From Vicugna vicugna (Eukaryota), in NCBI GenBank assembly GCA_013265495.1, contig MU058337.1, positions 1,604,777-1,668,776 of the forward strand: a DNA stretch of 64,000 nt, read 5' to 3'. The translations under genes and the position numbers were made by a program. The notes beneath the pieces were generated by a model. It made no database searches, was not told where the DNA came from, and was given only the letters and a program-made list of their open reading frames with translations. The stretch's first letter is position 1. The number at the start of each line of letters is the position of its first letter. This document shows positions 35,901 to 48,939 of this stretch, piece after piece.

Positions 35901-37918
35901 ATATAGAGAAAGGAAACAGCAGGCATGGAGACGGGAGGGCTTACTCAGAGTTGGTAATGGGACTTTAAAAATGATAGATTTTCTTTTTTACCCACTGTTT
36001 TCAACATATTGATTATATCTTTGCGTGGTTGTTCTTCTGGTAGAAATGACAGCCTTAGTTTCTTTTCTGTACCTGTCTCCAGTTGTTTGTCCCACTCACT
36101 TCCCGGGGCTTTGCTGGAACCTCTGTCATACAGAAGGGGACGCAATCTCTCTTGCTGAAATCTCATTTACTTTGCTCTGAGAAATAATGAAAAGATCCAC
36201 CTAATTGCTGCCAGGCAATTACAGGACTGCCCCTCTGGTCTGAAATGTGGAGTAAGTTTCCATTTTGCCATGAGGTAGGCTCCGACAGGGAATGAGTTTC
36301 CTGATGAAACTGTACCCCTGGTTCTCGTTGCGGGCTTTAAAGAGACACTAGAAGTAAACCTAAGGCGCCGTCCACCGACACACAGGCTCGGAGATCACCG
36401 GAGTGAGGTCAGGTTTCCTAGGTTAATCTTGAATAATCAGTTACAAAATTGAGATTGGTAGGCCTGGAAAAGTCTGCTTTGTTCATTTCTACCACTTTAG
36501 GGGAATCCATTTGGTTCACTGTTCTGAATAAAAGGCCATTTTATCTGTGTGCTCAGTGGCTGAGTGGAAGTCATATATTTTCCTCGAAAGAAGAACACAG
36601 ACTACCTGGCTAGTTTTCTTTTCGTGAATTGTATATTGATTTATACTTTAATGAAACTTTGGCGTGTCTACTGAATGTAAGTTTCTCAGACACAAGATGT
36701 TAATCTGTATTTAATGCATGTATCGTAAGGTTAAATCTGGCATGAAAGGCAATTGAGATTACCACCGTTCTTGCTTCAGTGCGTTGCAGGAGAGAGCAGC
36801 AGCACAAATCTAATTTTACAAGGAAATTGCTGAAAGAATTGATGTAATAGAATGGATATAATAGAGTAAGTTATTTAAAATTTGCATGCTCAGGTAGGTA
36901 GTGTGCACTTCGAAATGATCTCTGGTCACTGAAAAAACCACATTTGCTAAAAAGACACTACTGTTTTTTGATAGCCACGAGCCCGGCTATTAATTTTGCC
37001 TTTTTCCAATTTGATTTTTTACTATTAAGGTGACTTGACTTCAAGCATACTTTATTTTGAAGGATTCAAATGAGGGGGTTGTGTGTGTGTGTGTGCATGC
37101 ATTTGAATATATATGTTTTTTCTCTCTGCATACACGTTCCTTATATGTACACACGTGGAGTGCTGATGTGAGGGGAAACAGTCCTCCAATGATGCTGTGT
37201 GGATGTTTTGATGAGAAGGATGTTCCACAGTATTGGCAGAGAGAATAGGAACAGACAGGCAGTTTCATCCCGTGTGTGTATATGTGTGTGTGTATTTGAG
37301 GAAAATGGATGTAAGTGTACCATTTTATTATAAAGTTAGAAAGGGAGTGCATTGCTATTGTTGGAATTTCCTTTTTGCATTTTAAAATAAGGTTTTAAAA
37401 GGGGAGTAGAGGGGCTGATAGTAATTTCTAAATCACTTACCAAAAAAAAAAAAAAAAAGGTCTGGAGTTTGATTCCTGCTGTTGGAGCAGTTGTGCAGAC
37501 TCGGTTTGCTAGTTAAGTGGGGTTGGCAGGGCAGCAAAGGAAGAGGGGCAGGCCTACCTCCGGTGCTCAGTCTTAGGTGAGGGGGTAACTATGCTTCTCC
37601 CATGGTTCTACCACCAACTGCGAACAGCCACCCCGCCGTGATTTAGATCCTCAGCAAGCAGCAGGGTGACCGCTGACTCTGGGATCCTAGGGGATTGCAG
37701 AGTGACACACAGTGAAAGAAAATCTAGGTCCCAGTGGAGCAGGGACAGCCTGAAATGGCTCGTGCTGAGGGATTTTTCTTTAAATTCTCTGGACGAACCA
37801 AAAAAGCCAGAGAGAGATCAGATTGATTAACTATTATAGACAGTGACTTAAATATCTCCTGTTCTCTCTGCTTGAGCAATCAGGGGGCTGCAGTGAGCAG
37901 TAATATTATATTTATGTT

Positions 37919-38597
37919 GTGCAGCCATTATGGAAAACAGTATGGAGATTCCTCAAAAAACTAAAAATAGACTTACCATAGGATCTATCAATCCTACTCC
38001 TGAGCATATATCCAGAGAAAACTCTAATTCAAAAACATACATGTACCTTGATGTTTATAGCAGCACTATTTACATTAGCCAAGACATGGAAACAGCCTAA
38101 ATGTCCATCAACAGATGACTGAATAAAGAAGTTGTGGTATATTTACACAATGGAATACTACTCAGCCATAAAAAAGAATAAAATAATGCCATTTACAACA
38201 ACATGGATGGACCGGGAGATTGTCATTCTAAGTGAAGTAAGACAGAAAGAGAAAGAAAAATACCATATGATATCACTTACATGTGGAATCTAAAAATAAA
38301 GACACAAATGAACTTATTTACAAAACAGAAACAGACTCACAGATACAGAAAACAAACTTATGGTTATGAGGGGGTGGGAGGGGATAAAATGGGAGTTTGA
38401 GATTTGCAGATACTAACTAATATATATAAAATAGATAAACAACATGTTTGTAAAGCACAGGGAAATATATTTAGTATCTTGTAGTAACCTATAATGAAAA
38501 AGAGTATGAAAAGGAATATACGGACATGTATGACAAACACGATGCTGTGCACCAGAAATTGACACAGCACTGTAAACTGACAGTGCTCCAATTAAGA
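37919..38597 (+). mobile_element. 5'-truncated lineage-specific L1 with TSD
   Basis: 'gcagccattatggaaaacagtatggagattcctc' through 3' UTR; TSD aatattatatttatgtt (37902-37918) / aaaattacatttatgtt (38598-38614). Confidence 0.95.
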
Positions 38598-38851
38598 AAA
38601 ATTACATTTATGTTTGTGATGTCTTGAGTGTCTTCTTTAAAAAACAGCAAAAACTCTAAAAGAATATTTTCAATGAGATATGCCATTTTGGAATGTTAAA
38701 TAACACTAGAAGGGCAAGTTAAACCTCAGGAAATATGGTGGATTCATTTCTAATGACTTATAGAGTCTCCGTGGTTAATGCACAAAAGGGTTATTTTTTT
38801 TTTTTGGTCATCCCTCCTCCCACCACCAAAGTTCACCACTAAGATACTTTT

Positions 38852-39180
38852 CTTTTTTCTTTTTATATTGAGTTATAGTCAGTTTACAATGTTGTGTCAA
38901 ATTCCAGTGTAGAGCACAATTTTTCAGTTACATATGAACATACATATATTCATTGTCACATTCTTTTCCGCTGTGAGTTACCACAAGATCTTGCATATAT
39001 TTCCCTGTGATACACAGTATAATCTTGCTTATCTATTCTACCTATGCCTGTCAGTATCTACAAATTTAAAGAATAAGACAAATGAACATAAAGCAAAACA
39101 GAAACAGACTCATAGACATAGAATACAGACTTGTTGCCAGGGGAGAGAGGGGTGGGAAGGGATGGACTGAGAATTCAAAA
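38852..39180 (-). mobile_element. L1 3' end with 5' inversion (twin priming)
   Basis: Minus-strand 3' UTR 38852-39067 joined to plus-strand upstream L1 sequence 39068-39180; TSD taagatactttt / taagatgccttt. Confidence 0.88.
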
Positions 39181-40042
39181 TAAGATGCCTTTTTGATAAT
39201 GGTATTCCATTTCTGAGAATGATCTCAGTCAACTTGAAAGGAATTCTTACTAATTTAGTTGGTGACCCTGACATTTTGCTTGAGTGAGGGACCAGATACA
39301 GTGACTTCATTTAGTAGATGACTCTTCCTTTAAGCACTCCTTTAAGGTACCTGGACTCAGACTCCTGAAGGCAGAGTCACTGGTCACAGACTGTCCCCAA
39401 AGTGAGTCATCTGAAAATCAAAAGATACCAAGCCACCTTGGTCCCTGGTAAAGGAGCATGATGATGTCAGGGGTGCCGCAGGGGGTGAGTTTTAAGGGTT
39501 GACGGAGTCTCGGTGCAGGCAGGTTCTGAAGGAGTATTGAGAGTTTGGCGTGTTTCAGGAGTGGGGGATAATTTGAGAAATGATTGGGATACAGCATTGG
39601 CAAAGGGGAGAGAAGGAGGGCCAGATGCAGTCAGTGTTCACGCTGGAAAAAGGAGAGGTGAGTTCAGGGCTGAGAGCTGGTGCTGAGCGGGTGTGGCTTG
39701 GCCTTTCGTTTGGAGGGTCCCAGGAAGACACAGCCCCTCCCTTTGGGGCAGTTCCCTGCTCTGTGGAGTGAAGGAATCGGGGAGGACAAGTTTTACATCT
39801 AGGCTGCCTCAGTGATAAACACTGTCAGTTATCAGACAGTACAGCTGTGCCAAGTAGGTTTTAACGTGGGGGTGAGTTCAGAGTGGGGTGCCGGGGAGGG
39901 GTCCTGCTTAGGAGGAGAGACCCTGTGGAGGTCCCCACGGTGTACAGGGGAGTGATGGGTGATTGGAAGATTCTAGCCACCTTGATAGTGAAATTGATTT
40001 CTCTTCCTTAAGTGTCTCAAAGGGAGAGGAAAGGAAGCTGCA

Positions 40043-40365
40043 TGCCATGGGTTGAACTGGGTCCCCTTCAAATTCAGATATTGAAGTCCTAACCTCCAGT
40101 ACTTTAGAATGTGACCTCATTTGGAAATGTGGTCCTTGCTGATGTAATAGTTGAGATGAGGTCCTACTGCCACAAGATGGGCCCCTAACCCAATATGACG
40201 GGTGCCCTTTTAAAAGGGGGACATATGGACACAGACGTGCACACAGGAAGGGGAGGGGAGGCTTCCATGGGCCAAGGGACACCAAATATGGCCAGGAAAT
40301 CACTTGAAGCGAGGGGAAGGGCATGGAACCAGTTTCCCTCACCTCCTCAGAAGGTGCCAACCTGC
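40043..40365 (+). mobile_element. MaLR LTR (MLT1C-like), 3' truncated
   Basis: 'tgccatgggttgaactg...tgtgacctcatttggaaat...ccaatatgacgggtgccctt'. Confidence 0.85.
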
Positions 40366-40929
40366 TCTCAAGTTTGGTATAGTTTGAACAAGCGAGATTT
40401 GACCTTCATAAGGTTAAGATGTTTGGCTAAAGAAGAGGGTGTGGTCCGTGGCTGACTTAAAAACTGAGTTTGTAAGTCAGCTGTTTAACTGTGGTAAATT
40501 CACTGTGTTTTGAGAGGTTTGTCAGAAATTTGTCCGTATTTCAGCATCCAGCTTTGCTTTCAGCGGCTCTTACCAGTTAGAAAGCACAATAGCCCTTCTT
40601 CATGTGTTGAGAGACTGACTTGAAAGTGGAGCATCATTTGATATCTGTCACTGGGAGAAACCCCACCAATGGGCCTCCAGGAACAAAGCACACAGCTTTC
40701 TTCACCAGCTTCCCCTCTGGGGCCGAAAAGCTAAAAACCTAATAATCCCAGGACCCCTTCAGATCAGTTAAAGCTGGTTTGGCAATGGCTTCTCTCTGTT
40801 GAACACTGACGTCTTAATGGAAAAGCAGCCTTCTGTGAGGCACGGTTATATAACGCACTCACTGTGAGTGCATTAATATTCATGTGCGTCTCTAAAATCG
40901 TAGTTACCCTTTTGTCCATTAAACAATCT

Positions 40930-40989
40930 AAAGAGAGAGGAGGAGGAGGGAGGAGAGAGGAGGAGGAGGGAGGAGAGAGGAGGAGGAAG
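40930..40989. repeat. (GGA)n-based polypurine repeat
   Basis: Direct reading. Confidence 0.9.
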
Positions 40990-41565
40990 TCTGAGCTTTT
41001 TTTTTTTTAAATTTGAAAATGAGAGGACAGGCCAGTCTTGGGGAACTCAAGTCCTCTGGAAAGAAACTGACATGGAAGAGGATATCGTCATAACTGGTCT
41101 TGACATCCAATGAGGTAAAGCCAGAGCCCACCTCCCGCCTGCAGGTACCTTGCTGAAATACCCTTCAGCTCAGGAGGGACTAATCGGGAGCCCTGTGAGG
41201 GGCACTAGCTGGTAAACCGCCTCGACTGTGATTCTGATCTGAGAAGAGATGAAAGTTGAAGAGGGCAAGAAGTTAAAGTCACTGTGGTTACCAAAGAGTT
41301 CCTTTAATCGAAAATAAGATAAAGATGTACTGAAGACTGAAAAGATGACCCCCCTCTAAGTCTGTACAGTAGAAATCTGAACAGCGATGTCTGCAAAAAG
41401 GAAAGTGCTGGCTGTTCTGTTTTGCTGAGGGTGCGTTTGTATTAATAGTAACCAGTCGTTACAGTTACCAAGTTCATCTTAAAGTGTCAGCGGGGAAACG
41501 CCGGCAGCAGGGACTACCACCACTGGGGTGTCTCTCATCAGATAAGGAGCAGAGTTGTCACAGTT

Positions 41566-41914
41566 TGTCTTAACCAACTGGGCTGTTACGCCAAAATACT
41601 GTAGATTGGGTGGCTTCTAAACAAAAGAAATTTATTTGTCACAGTTCTGGGATCAAGGCGCTGGCAGATTTGGTGTTTGGAGAGATCTCGCTTCCTGGTT
41701 CACAGACGTGTTTTCTCGCTGTGTTCTTACCTGGCAGAAGGCGTGAGGGAGCTGTCCGAGGTCTCTAGGGCAGGAGCACTAATCCCATCATGAAGGTTCT
41801 GTCCTCGTGATCTAATCACCCCAAAGGCCTCACCTCCTAATAAAAATTACGTTGGGGGCTACGATTTCACTGTACAAATTTGGGGGTGTGGACACAAACA
41901 TTCAGTCTATTGCA
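41566..41914 (-). mobile_element. MaLR LTR (MLT1A0-like), full length, 5-bp TSD
   Basis: tgtctt...cagtctattgca; TSD cagtt/tagtt. Confidence 0.88.
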
Positions 41915-43477
41915 TAGTTATAAGAGAAGACAGGTATTCAGATACGTTGATGCATATCATTTGTCCCATTTAATTTGGGGGAAGATCATAGAAAAGGAAA
42001 TTTGCAGGATGGAGCCCAGAGGAGTGCAATTCAAGAAAGCAAGTGACTTTTCTGCTGAGGAAAGGTGGTTCTGTGGATGTTCTGCAAAATGAATTTTGGA
42101 CAGTAAGCCACTGCTCTACCCAATGCTGAGAAGCAAAACATCAAAAAATAGTTCTTGTTCAATGAAAACATTTGGTGCAAAAATCCTCAAGACCTCCTTT
42201 TCTTATGGAAATATCATAAAGGAACAAGTTGTAAAGTATCTATATTAACCTCCATTTAATGTCTCTTACTTATTCATCCAGTGATTCAAATTCCAAATGA
42301 AGACATTTGGCGGTTTGTCAAAGTTTTTTATTTTGCCTTGTGATTCAGACCACTTTCTTCAGGAAATTGCTCTGTGTAGGTTTTCATCTGTTTCATTATG
42401 AGTTTGTTTTGTCCTTACCTAGAATGAAGTTGCTTTCCCCAAACCTGAGTTTCTGCTTTCAGTCCACCTGATAAATGCCCTTAGCAGGGCTCCGACTCCC
42501 AGCCATGCCCAGTCCCCCGACTCGAGCCGGGGGGGCAACTTCTGAGCCCTGCTTGGTTTTCCAGATCCTGCTTCCTCCCTGAAAGCAGTTGCTTGCGTGT
42601 CTGCAATGAGGAACGTCCCCTGGCTTGTCATCCTGACCGGCTGAGGGGTGTGGAGGCGAGCTCCCTGGTTCTCCGGACGCTGGGCTGGGGTGCCTGTTCT
42701 CTTCTCATCTGCTGTCCTTCCCAGCACACGGAGGCCTAATAATGATAATACAAGATAATGGTGAAACAAGAGAATTCGGTACGTAGAGCTCAGAAGCGTT
42801 TAGATGAAAAGATGCAACCCGAAAAGCAGAGGCGTCGTCACTTAAGTCCGAGGGGACAGGAAGGCGCCCAGGAGGAGCCCGCGTCCCAGGTTATTGGAAC
42901 CACAGCCTTGGCGAAGCTCAGACGGCAGCCCTGTGTGCAGAGCTGAGCGGGGACCCAGCGCAGGGGCAGAGCAACGTCTGTAATCGCACTGGATGTCACT
43001 TCACTGTGCAGGCAAGAGTGTTAAGGGGAGAAAGAAAGCCCCCGAGACTCTTTCTCAGCTCTTTAATTATTAGAGTCTTTATAAGATTGTAGGAGCATGC
43101 CTTCTCTGACAACGCTAAATGTATAAATTTCAGGGCTGGCTGGGAAAACTTTTCTTAAAGATTTTCCTCAGTCTTTTAAAAAGATAGCAGCCGGGCTCAC
43201 ACTGGGTTGGCATTTGCCTTTAAAGTAAAATTCGGTGTGTGGGTGTCAGAATGAAAATGCTTTTGGGCCTGTGAGACTTAATAAATATTTCTCATGAAAT
43301 AAAGGGAGAAGGATTGAAGGGGACAGATAAAGGGAAGTTTATGTCCTTTACTATGGTGACCGTATCACTTAGCTTCCGAACTAGTTCCTCTTTAAAACAC
43401 ATTTAAAAGTAATTTCCAATGCACAGAACATTAACCAAAAAGAACAAGTTATTAAGAGCTCCTGTATTCCCTGCACT

Positions 43478-44015
43478 TGGAGGGGAGGCATGAATGGTAG
43501 CTCCCCACATACCCAGCTTCTAATCCCTGGAATCTGTGCATGTCGTCTTTTTCTTTTTTTAATTAATTAATTTTGCGGGGCAACTAAGTTTATTTATTTA
43601 CTTTAGCTCTACCCTCCCTGCTGTGAATGTCATCTTGTACGGCAAAAAGGGGCCTTGTGGATGTGATTATCCAGGTGGGTCCTACATGGCATCACTAGTC
43701 CTTGTGAGAGGGAGGCAGGGGCTGACTTGACTGCAGCAGTGGAGGTGACATGAGGAAGCAGGTGGAGATTGGAGTGATGCCCTTTGAGCGTGGAGGAGGG
43801 GCCACAAGCCAAGGAGAGCAGCGGCCACTGGAGAAGACTAGGGGACGGGCTCTCCCCTCCCAGGCTCCAGGAGCCCCACCCTGACCCTTGACTTCAGCTC
43901 CCGAAACCGACTTCAGACTTCCGGCCTCCAGAACCTTAAGAGAATAAACGTGAGTTGTTTCAAACCGCTAAGTTTGCGGTCATTGGTTGCGGCAGCAAGG
44001 GGAGAAGCATAAACG
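43478..44015 (+). mobile_element. MaLR LTR (MLT1D-like) containing a mini-SINE
   Basis: 'ctaatccctggaatctgtg...ggcaaaaagggg...ccagaaccttaagagaataaa...tttcaaaccgctaagtttgcggt'. Confidence 0.82.
43550..43620 (-). mobile_element. Internally deleted long-form vic-1-type SINE with 16-bp TSD
   Basis: Keeps the 5' 'gggagggtagagcta', (TAAA)n and tail; TSD ctgtgcatgtcgtctt (43534-43549) / ctgtgaatgtcatctt (43621-43636). Confidence 0.75.
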
Positions 44016-45419
44016 CAGATGCACTTTTAACGCGTTGCCCATTGGCTAGTCCATCCCATCCTTTCCCGCTCCTACGTACAGAGACACTTTGTTGTTGTTA
44101 CTATCAATCGTCTGAGAGTGGTAAACCAGCCCGTTTCAGACTGCGAAAGGGGAATGACAAGACGTGTCAAACAGGACCGTTCTGGGGAAACCAGAAGTTC
44201 TGTCGCCCCACCAAGACTATTCTTATTTCTGTCCTGCCGTGGCCAGCGCACTGTCCCAGCTGTGTGCACCTGCGCTCCCACGAGTTCTGCCAGCCGCGGG
44301 CTTTACGCCTCTTCTCTTGGCCTCCGCCCCAGCACGCCCTCCTTCCCGCCTCCTGAGGTGGTTGAGGCACACCGTCAGGGTCCGGCCAGGCCCCTCTCCA
44401 GCTGATCTGGCATCGCTGTCACCTTGGTGTCTGAGTTCCCTGAACAAGCCAGCACCTCCCCACTGCTGACCTTCTCACACCCTAGACCCGCCCCTCCGCT
44501 GACCTGGGAACTTCTCCTCACCCATCAAGCGGAAACCACACTCCATCCCCCAGGGGAAGCCCTCCTCTGGACCGGAAGTCTCTACCATTGCCACCCATGG
44601 CCCCCGCCCACTAGTCCAGAGTGCCCAGTTTCATGCATTTACCTCGTGCTTTTTTGTGTAACGCTGATCACGGCAACAGTTACTTCATTGTTTGTGTATG
44701 GAGCACGCTGGGGAGATAAAATAAGAAGAAAAAAGGCTTATCTCTTGAAAGCCTGGGCGTGGGCGGGAGGTGGTCACACAGCAGATTTTCCTAATTGTGA
44801 GAGAAACCAAGGACTTCTCCCCTTGGCCACGTGGGGGTGATGCAAGTGACCCCTGGCCAGACCCATGAGCCGCCCTTTCACATGTTTTCTTCTGTCTTAA
44901 GCAGAGGCTGTTCTTCCTTCTGGAATTCACGATGCCAGGGAAAGGAGGTGGGGATTTTCATCAGGAGCACGAAGGCCTTTGGGAGGGAAGGAACCGAGCC
45001 CCCTGGCGTGGCCCCTCCTTTCAAAGCAAGAGACACTGGAGGGCGAGCTATATGGCCCAGAGGTGTCCTGCTGGTAGTGACCCTGTGAGGCTGGGAGACA
45101 CAGAGTTGGTGTGATTTTAAAAAAATTCTCGCAATTATTTTGCCAGAAGCTGAAGCCATGTATGTGCCCAGCCCTGGACTGATGCTTCTGAGAGCAAGGA
45201 CTTGGGGCAAGAGGGTGAAATGAGACAGACACGCCCACAGCCCTGGAGTCCAAGGCTGGGGGCTCGCTGCTCCTGGGGAAGGGGATGAGGCTGATCTGGG
45301 CCTCAGAGCGTGTTTAGACCCTCACGTGCTTCATCGGGAAGGATAAGCTGTCACTGGGGTGGTCCCCCATCTGCTGAGAGTGGATCGTACCAGGGAGATG
45401 TGACCATCGGCTTTAACGT

Positions 45420-45538
45420 CTGCTCTCCCCACTAGGCTGAAGCTATCTTGAGGGCAGTGGCCGTGTTTACTTATCTGAGTGCCTCCCTAGTCCTAGCACT
45501 GCCTGGGATGATGCTTTTGATTAGTGAGTGAATAAAGT
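45420..45538 (+). mobile_element. L2 3' end
   Basis: 'ccccactaggctgaagctatcttgagggcag...cctagcactgcctgg...gagtgaataaa'. Confidence 0.65.
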
Positions 45539-45650
45539 GACACCAAATGAAAAGTATCCGTTCAAATACCAACTTCTCTATAGAACTTGACAGCTAACCT
45601 CACCGTCTGCATTCAGGTCAGTAAATATGCAGGACAGGACATCTCCCTAA

Positions 45651-45852
45651 CCTCCATCCATGCATCCATCCATCCATCCTTCCATCCATCCTTCCATCCT
45701 TCCTTCCATCCATCCATCTATCTGTTCATCCATCCATCCTTCCATCCATCCATCCATCCATCCATCAGTCCTTCCTTCCTTCCATCCATCCATCCATCCA
45801 TCCTTCCTTCCTTCCTTTCATCCATCTACCCACCTATCTACCCGTCTACCTA
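45651..45852. repeat. Compound (CCAT/CCTT)n microsatellite
   Basis: Direct reading; explains the HPS/IHP pseudo-ORFs. Confidence 0.95.
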
Positions 45853-48024
45853 CTGGCTGTGTGGATAAATAGCACACATGTGTGTGAGGTCTACCCTCAG
45901 TACTATTTTGAAATTCTGCATATTGTATTAAACTACTTTTCTTCTGTCTACTTGACCTACTTCTCTCTCAGACTGCCAGCTCTCTGGTGGGACCATTCTG
46001 TTCCTTTTTTACGCTGCACTGCTTTACGGCATTGCCAGGTGAAGTACTCCTCTCTTAATGTGAGTATTAAAGGCTCCTCTCCTCCCTCTCTCACATCAGG
46101 AGCTTCACTCTCAGTGCCTGTTGAGAAAAGATGTAAACTCTGATGTCCCAAAGGGTTCCCGGCTCGTAGTTTGGGAATCACCGCTTTGGCATCTCCCAGA
46201 GGAGCACCTGTAAACTGGTCTGCCCTCTGTCTGGCCCCCCCGGAGAAGGTGTGGCGTCCTCTTCTGTGGTGTGCTGTGGGGGGGCTCCACCTCCACTCCA
46301 GCGCCTTCCCTGTGTGGGAGGAAGACCTCTCATTCCGTAACTATAGGGGGAAAATTCCTTAGCTTGAATTCTCTCTCTGTGGTCTGTGTGTGCCGTCGGG
46401 CCGGGTAGCGTTGTAGTGGGTGGGCCCAGGGCGACCCCATCGTGAACAGAAGAGTGAGCCCCAGGGGGGAAGAAGTGAGGAGAGAAAGAGCTCGGAGGCG
46501 CCGGAGCTGGAGTTGCCCAAGTTCATGGTCCCGCCCAGGCGAGGGCTGCTTCTCCGGCTCCGAGTGCCTTCTGACCGTTCCTGGCTGACCGACGGGGAAG
46601 TTTGCATAAACCCGGCTTATTTAATAAGAACTGCCCTTCATCTCTTTCCAGGCTCACAATGGAAATTTTCAATAAGAGAAAGTCTGTTTAACAAATGCAT
46701 TTGGTAAACATTAAATCGACTTCACCCAAAGTATTTTTTACTTTTATACAGCTTTGCACAATAAGTTCCATCTGGGAAAAGCCACATTTTCTGGGGGTGG
46801 GAGTGAATTTCTTCTATTTTCTCCCCTGGGGAAGTCTGTGAAATCCCCAATCTCTCTGGTTCCTTTGACCAGAAAAACTAAACTTCATGAAGTGATGGGA
46901 AGACGGGGGCTGACCGTGATGAATCAGTAGCAATTTCTGCACAAATATTCAGTTTTTAATACAGCCAACTGACTTTTTTAGCCAGAGATACTGGTGAAGA
47001 CAGGACCTGCTGTGGATCAATTATCTAAAATCGATGTTTCGTCCCTTGAGTAGCATTTCATTCTCCAGGCAGGTGTGTCTTCAGGAAATGATAGCCTTTG
47101 GGGGTGGGTTGCGTTTTTCCTAAAAGGACAAGAGGCACATCTGATGTGGGGAGGACCACTCGTGGGCCCAGGAGACTTAGCCTCGTCCAAGGAGAAACCC
47201 CAAGTCAAAAACTCCTGAAGGACTCTCGCAGGTGGAGCCGCAGGGACGAAGTGTCACCTACCCTTTGCTGCTTGTCTGCACAGGGTGTTGGTACAGATTC
47301 CTTTGGAGCCTCAGCAATTCCAAGCAGTTCTCTTGGACTGAATTTGTTTTCCCAGGGACAGGAAACTATTCACGTCCATGTCCAAACTCACAGACGGAAT
47401 CCAGGACTTTCGGAAAGCCCGAGGAAAATTCTCCCTGATCACAGCCCTGCCCCCAGCTGGGGAGAAGCCAGAAATCTCTTAGCAGGCGAGAGGCAACTGT
47501 TCTGTGTGGTTGGAGGCAAGAGTTTTGTTCCTGTCACTCCTGCTGGTCTCTTTGACCCCACTTACAGCATCCCCCAAATCACGGCAGATCTCTGTGAGCA
47601 CAGAAGCAGGCTGGGTCCCTGGCCCATGTCGCAGCACTGGTCACGGCCACCCCTGCAGCCAAGTCCAGGCCTTTGTGCAGCTTTTAGCCTGGAGGGAGTA
47701 ATTAAGAGGGAATAACACAGCCCCAGGTCTCTGAGGTCCCTGAAATTCACAGGACTGTGTGTCCTACTACCTTATCCTCAGTGACAGCTGTCCCTAAGCT
47801 GACCAGGGGCCTGCAGGGCGGCCTGGCTTTAGAAGTTGGACTCATGGGGTCACTGGACAACTTGACTCTTGCTCAGAGGCCGTGAGGGAGACCCACAGGG
47901 AGGGACTCGGGAGTTTTGCAAGACGAAGACACACACGCGGAAACCTCGGGTTCCAAGCATCCCAGTTCCGTGGGTGTGGGATTGCTTTTCTTCAAGAACA
48001 TTGTTTTTAACCTTTCTGTGTCTT

Positions 48025-48511
48025 TTAATGATCTATCAGTGCACATAAGTCTATGTCAAAACTTAGTGGTTAAAAGCAGCCTGCCTTCGCAGGATTGCAT
48101 GGTCAGGAGCTCAGAGGTCCTACTCCGAGTGAGGCTCGCTGGGCTGGTCCTCCCTGCATCTGGACCACGAGGGAGCTGGAGGTGCAGTCGGGCTTTGCTC
48201 ACAAGCCTGCCCCCTTGGTGTCCCTTCTCCCTCCCCATGTGGCCAGGTCAGGCCTCTCAGTGCTTGCTGGCTTGGAGGTGGTCAGACATCTTGCATGGGG
48301 ACTGGCTTCTGGGGAGGAAAAAGACAGCTTAAGGGTTAGGCTTGGAAGAGCCACAGCATCTCTCCTCGCACATTTCGTTACTCAAATAAGGCACAAAGCC
48401 AGTCAGAATACAAGGGGAGAGGAAAAAGGTCCTACCTCTGGACGTGAGGGGCAGCATGTGCCCACAGAGAGAGACAGACCCAGTTGTGGCCATCCTGGGG
48501 GGCTCTCTGCC
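48025..48511 (-). mobile_element. Old MaLR LTR (MLT1H-like)
   Basis: 'caaaacttagtggttaaaagca...ggtggtcagacatcttgcatgg...cacaaagccagtcaga...ctacctctggacg...tggccatc'. Confidence 0.65.
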
Positions 48512-48858
48512 TGCTGTGAACTGAATGTGTCCCCCCACATCCGTGTGTCGAAGCCCTCATCCTCACGCAGTGGTGTCTGAAGGTGGGGTCTGTGGGAGGT
48601 AGGGTTAAATTAACTCATGAGGGTGGGGCCCTTGCGATGGAGGTAGTGCCCTCACTAAAAAGAAGAAAGACACAAAGTCTTTCTCTCAGCCATGAGAGGA
48701 CACAGCAAAAAGACAGCCGTCTGCAAATCGGGAAGTGAGTTCGCCAGTCATGGAATCTGCTGGTAGCTTGATCTTGGACTTCCAGCCTGCAGAACAATGA
48801 GAAATAAATGTTTGTTTAAACTATCTAGTTAAAGCAGCCTGGGCTGTTGCACTAAGAA
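48512..48858 (+). mobile_element. MaLR LTR (MLT1A-like)
   Basis: 'tgctgtgaactgaatgtgtcccccc...cttgatcttggacttccagcctgcagaacaatgagaaataaatg'. Confidence 0.85.
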
Positions 48859-48939
48859 AACCTACCACCCAAGGTGTCCTGAGCACGTGCATTTTCCTTG
48901 CAAACTGACAGCTCATCTCACTCACTAGTTTTCTTTTTA

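Noticed and set aside
43352..43450. MER81/hAT-Blackjack-like end
   Set aside because: Only one terminus is faintly recognisable; too weak to call
45587..45872. His/Pro/Ser-repeat proteins
   Set aside because: Translation of the (CCAT)n microsatellite
47098..47715. 205-aa ORF
   Set aside because: Non-ATG start, no recognisable motif or supporting splice structure
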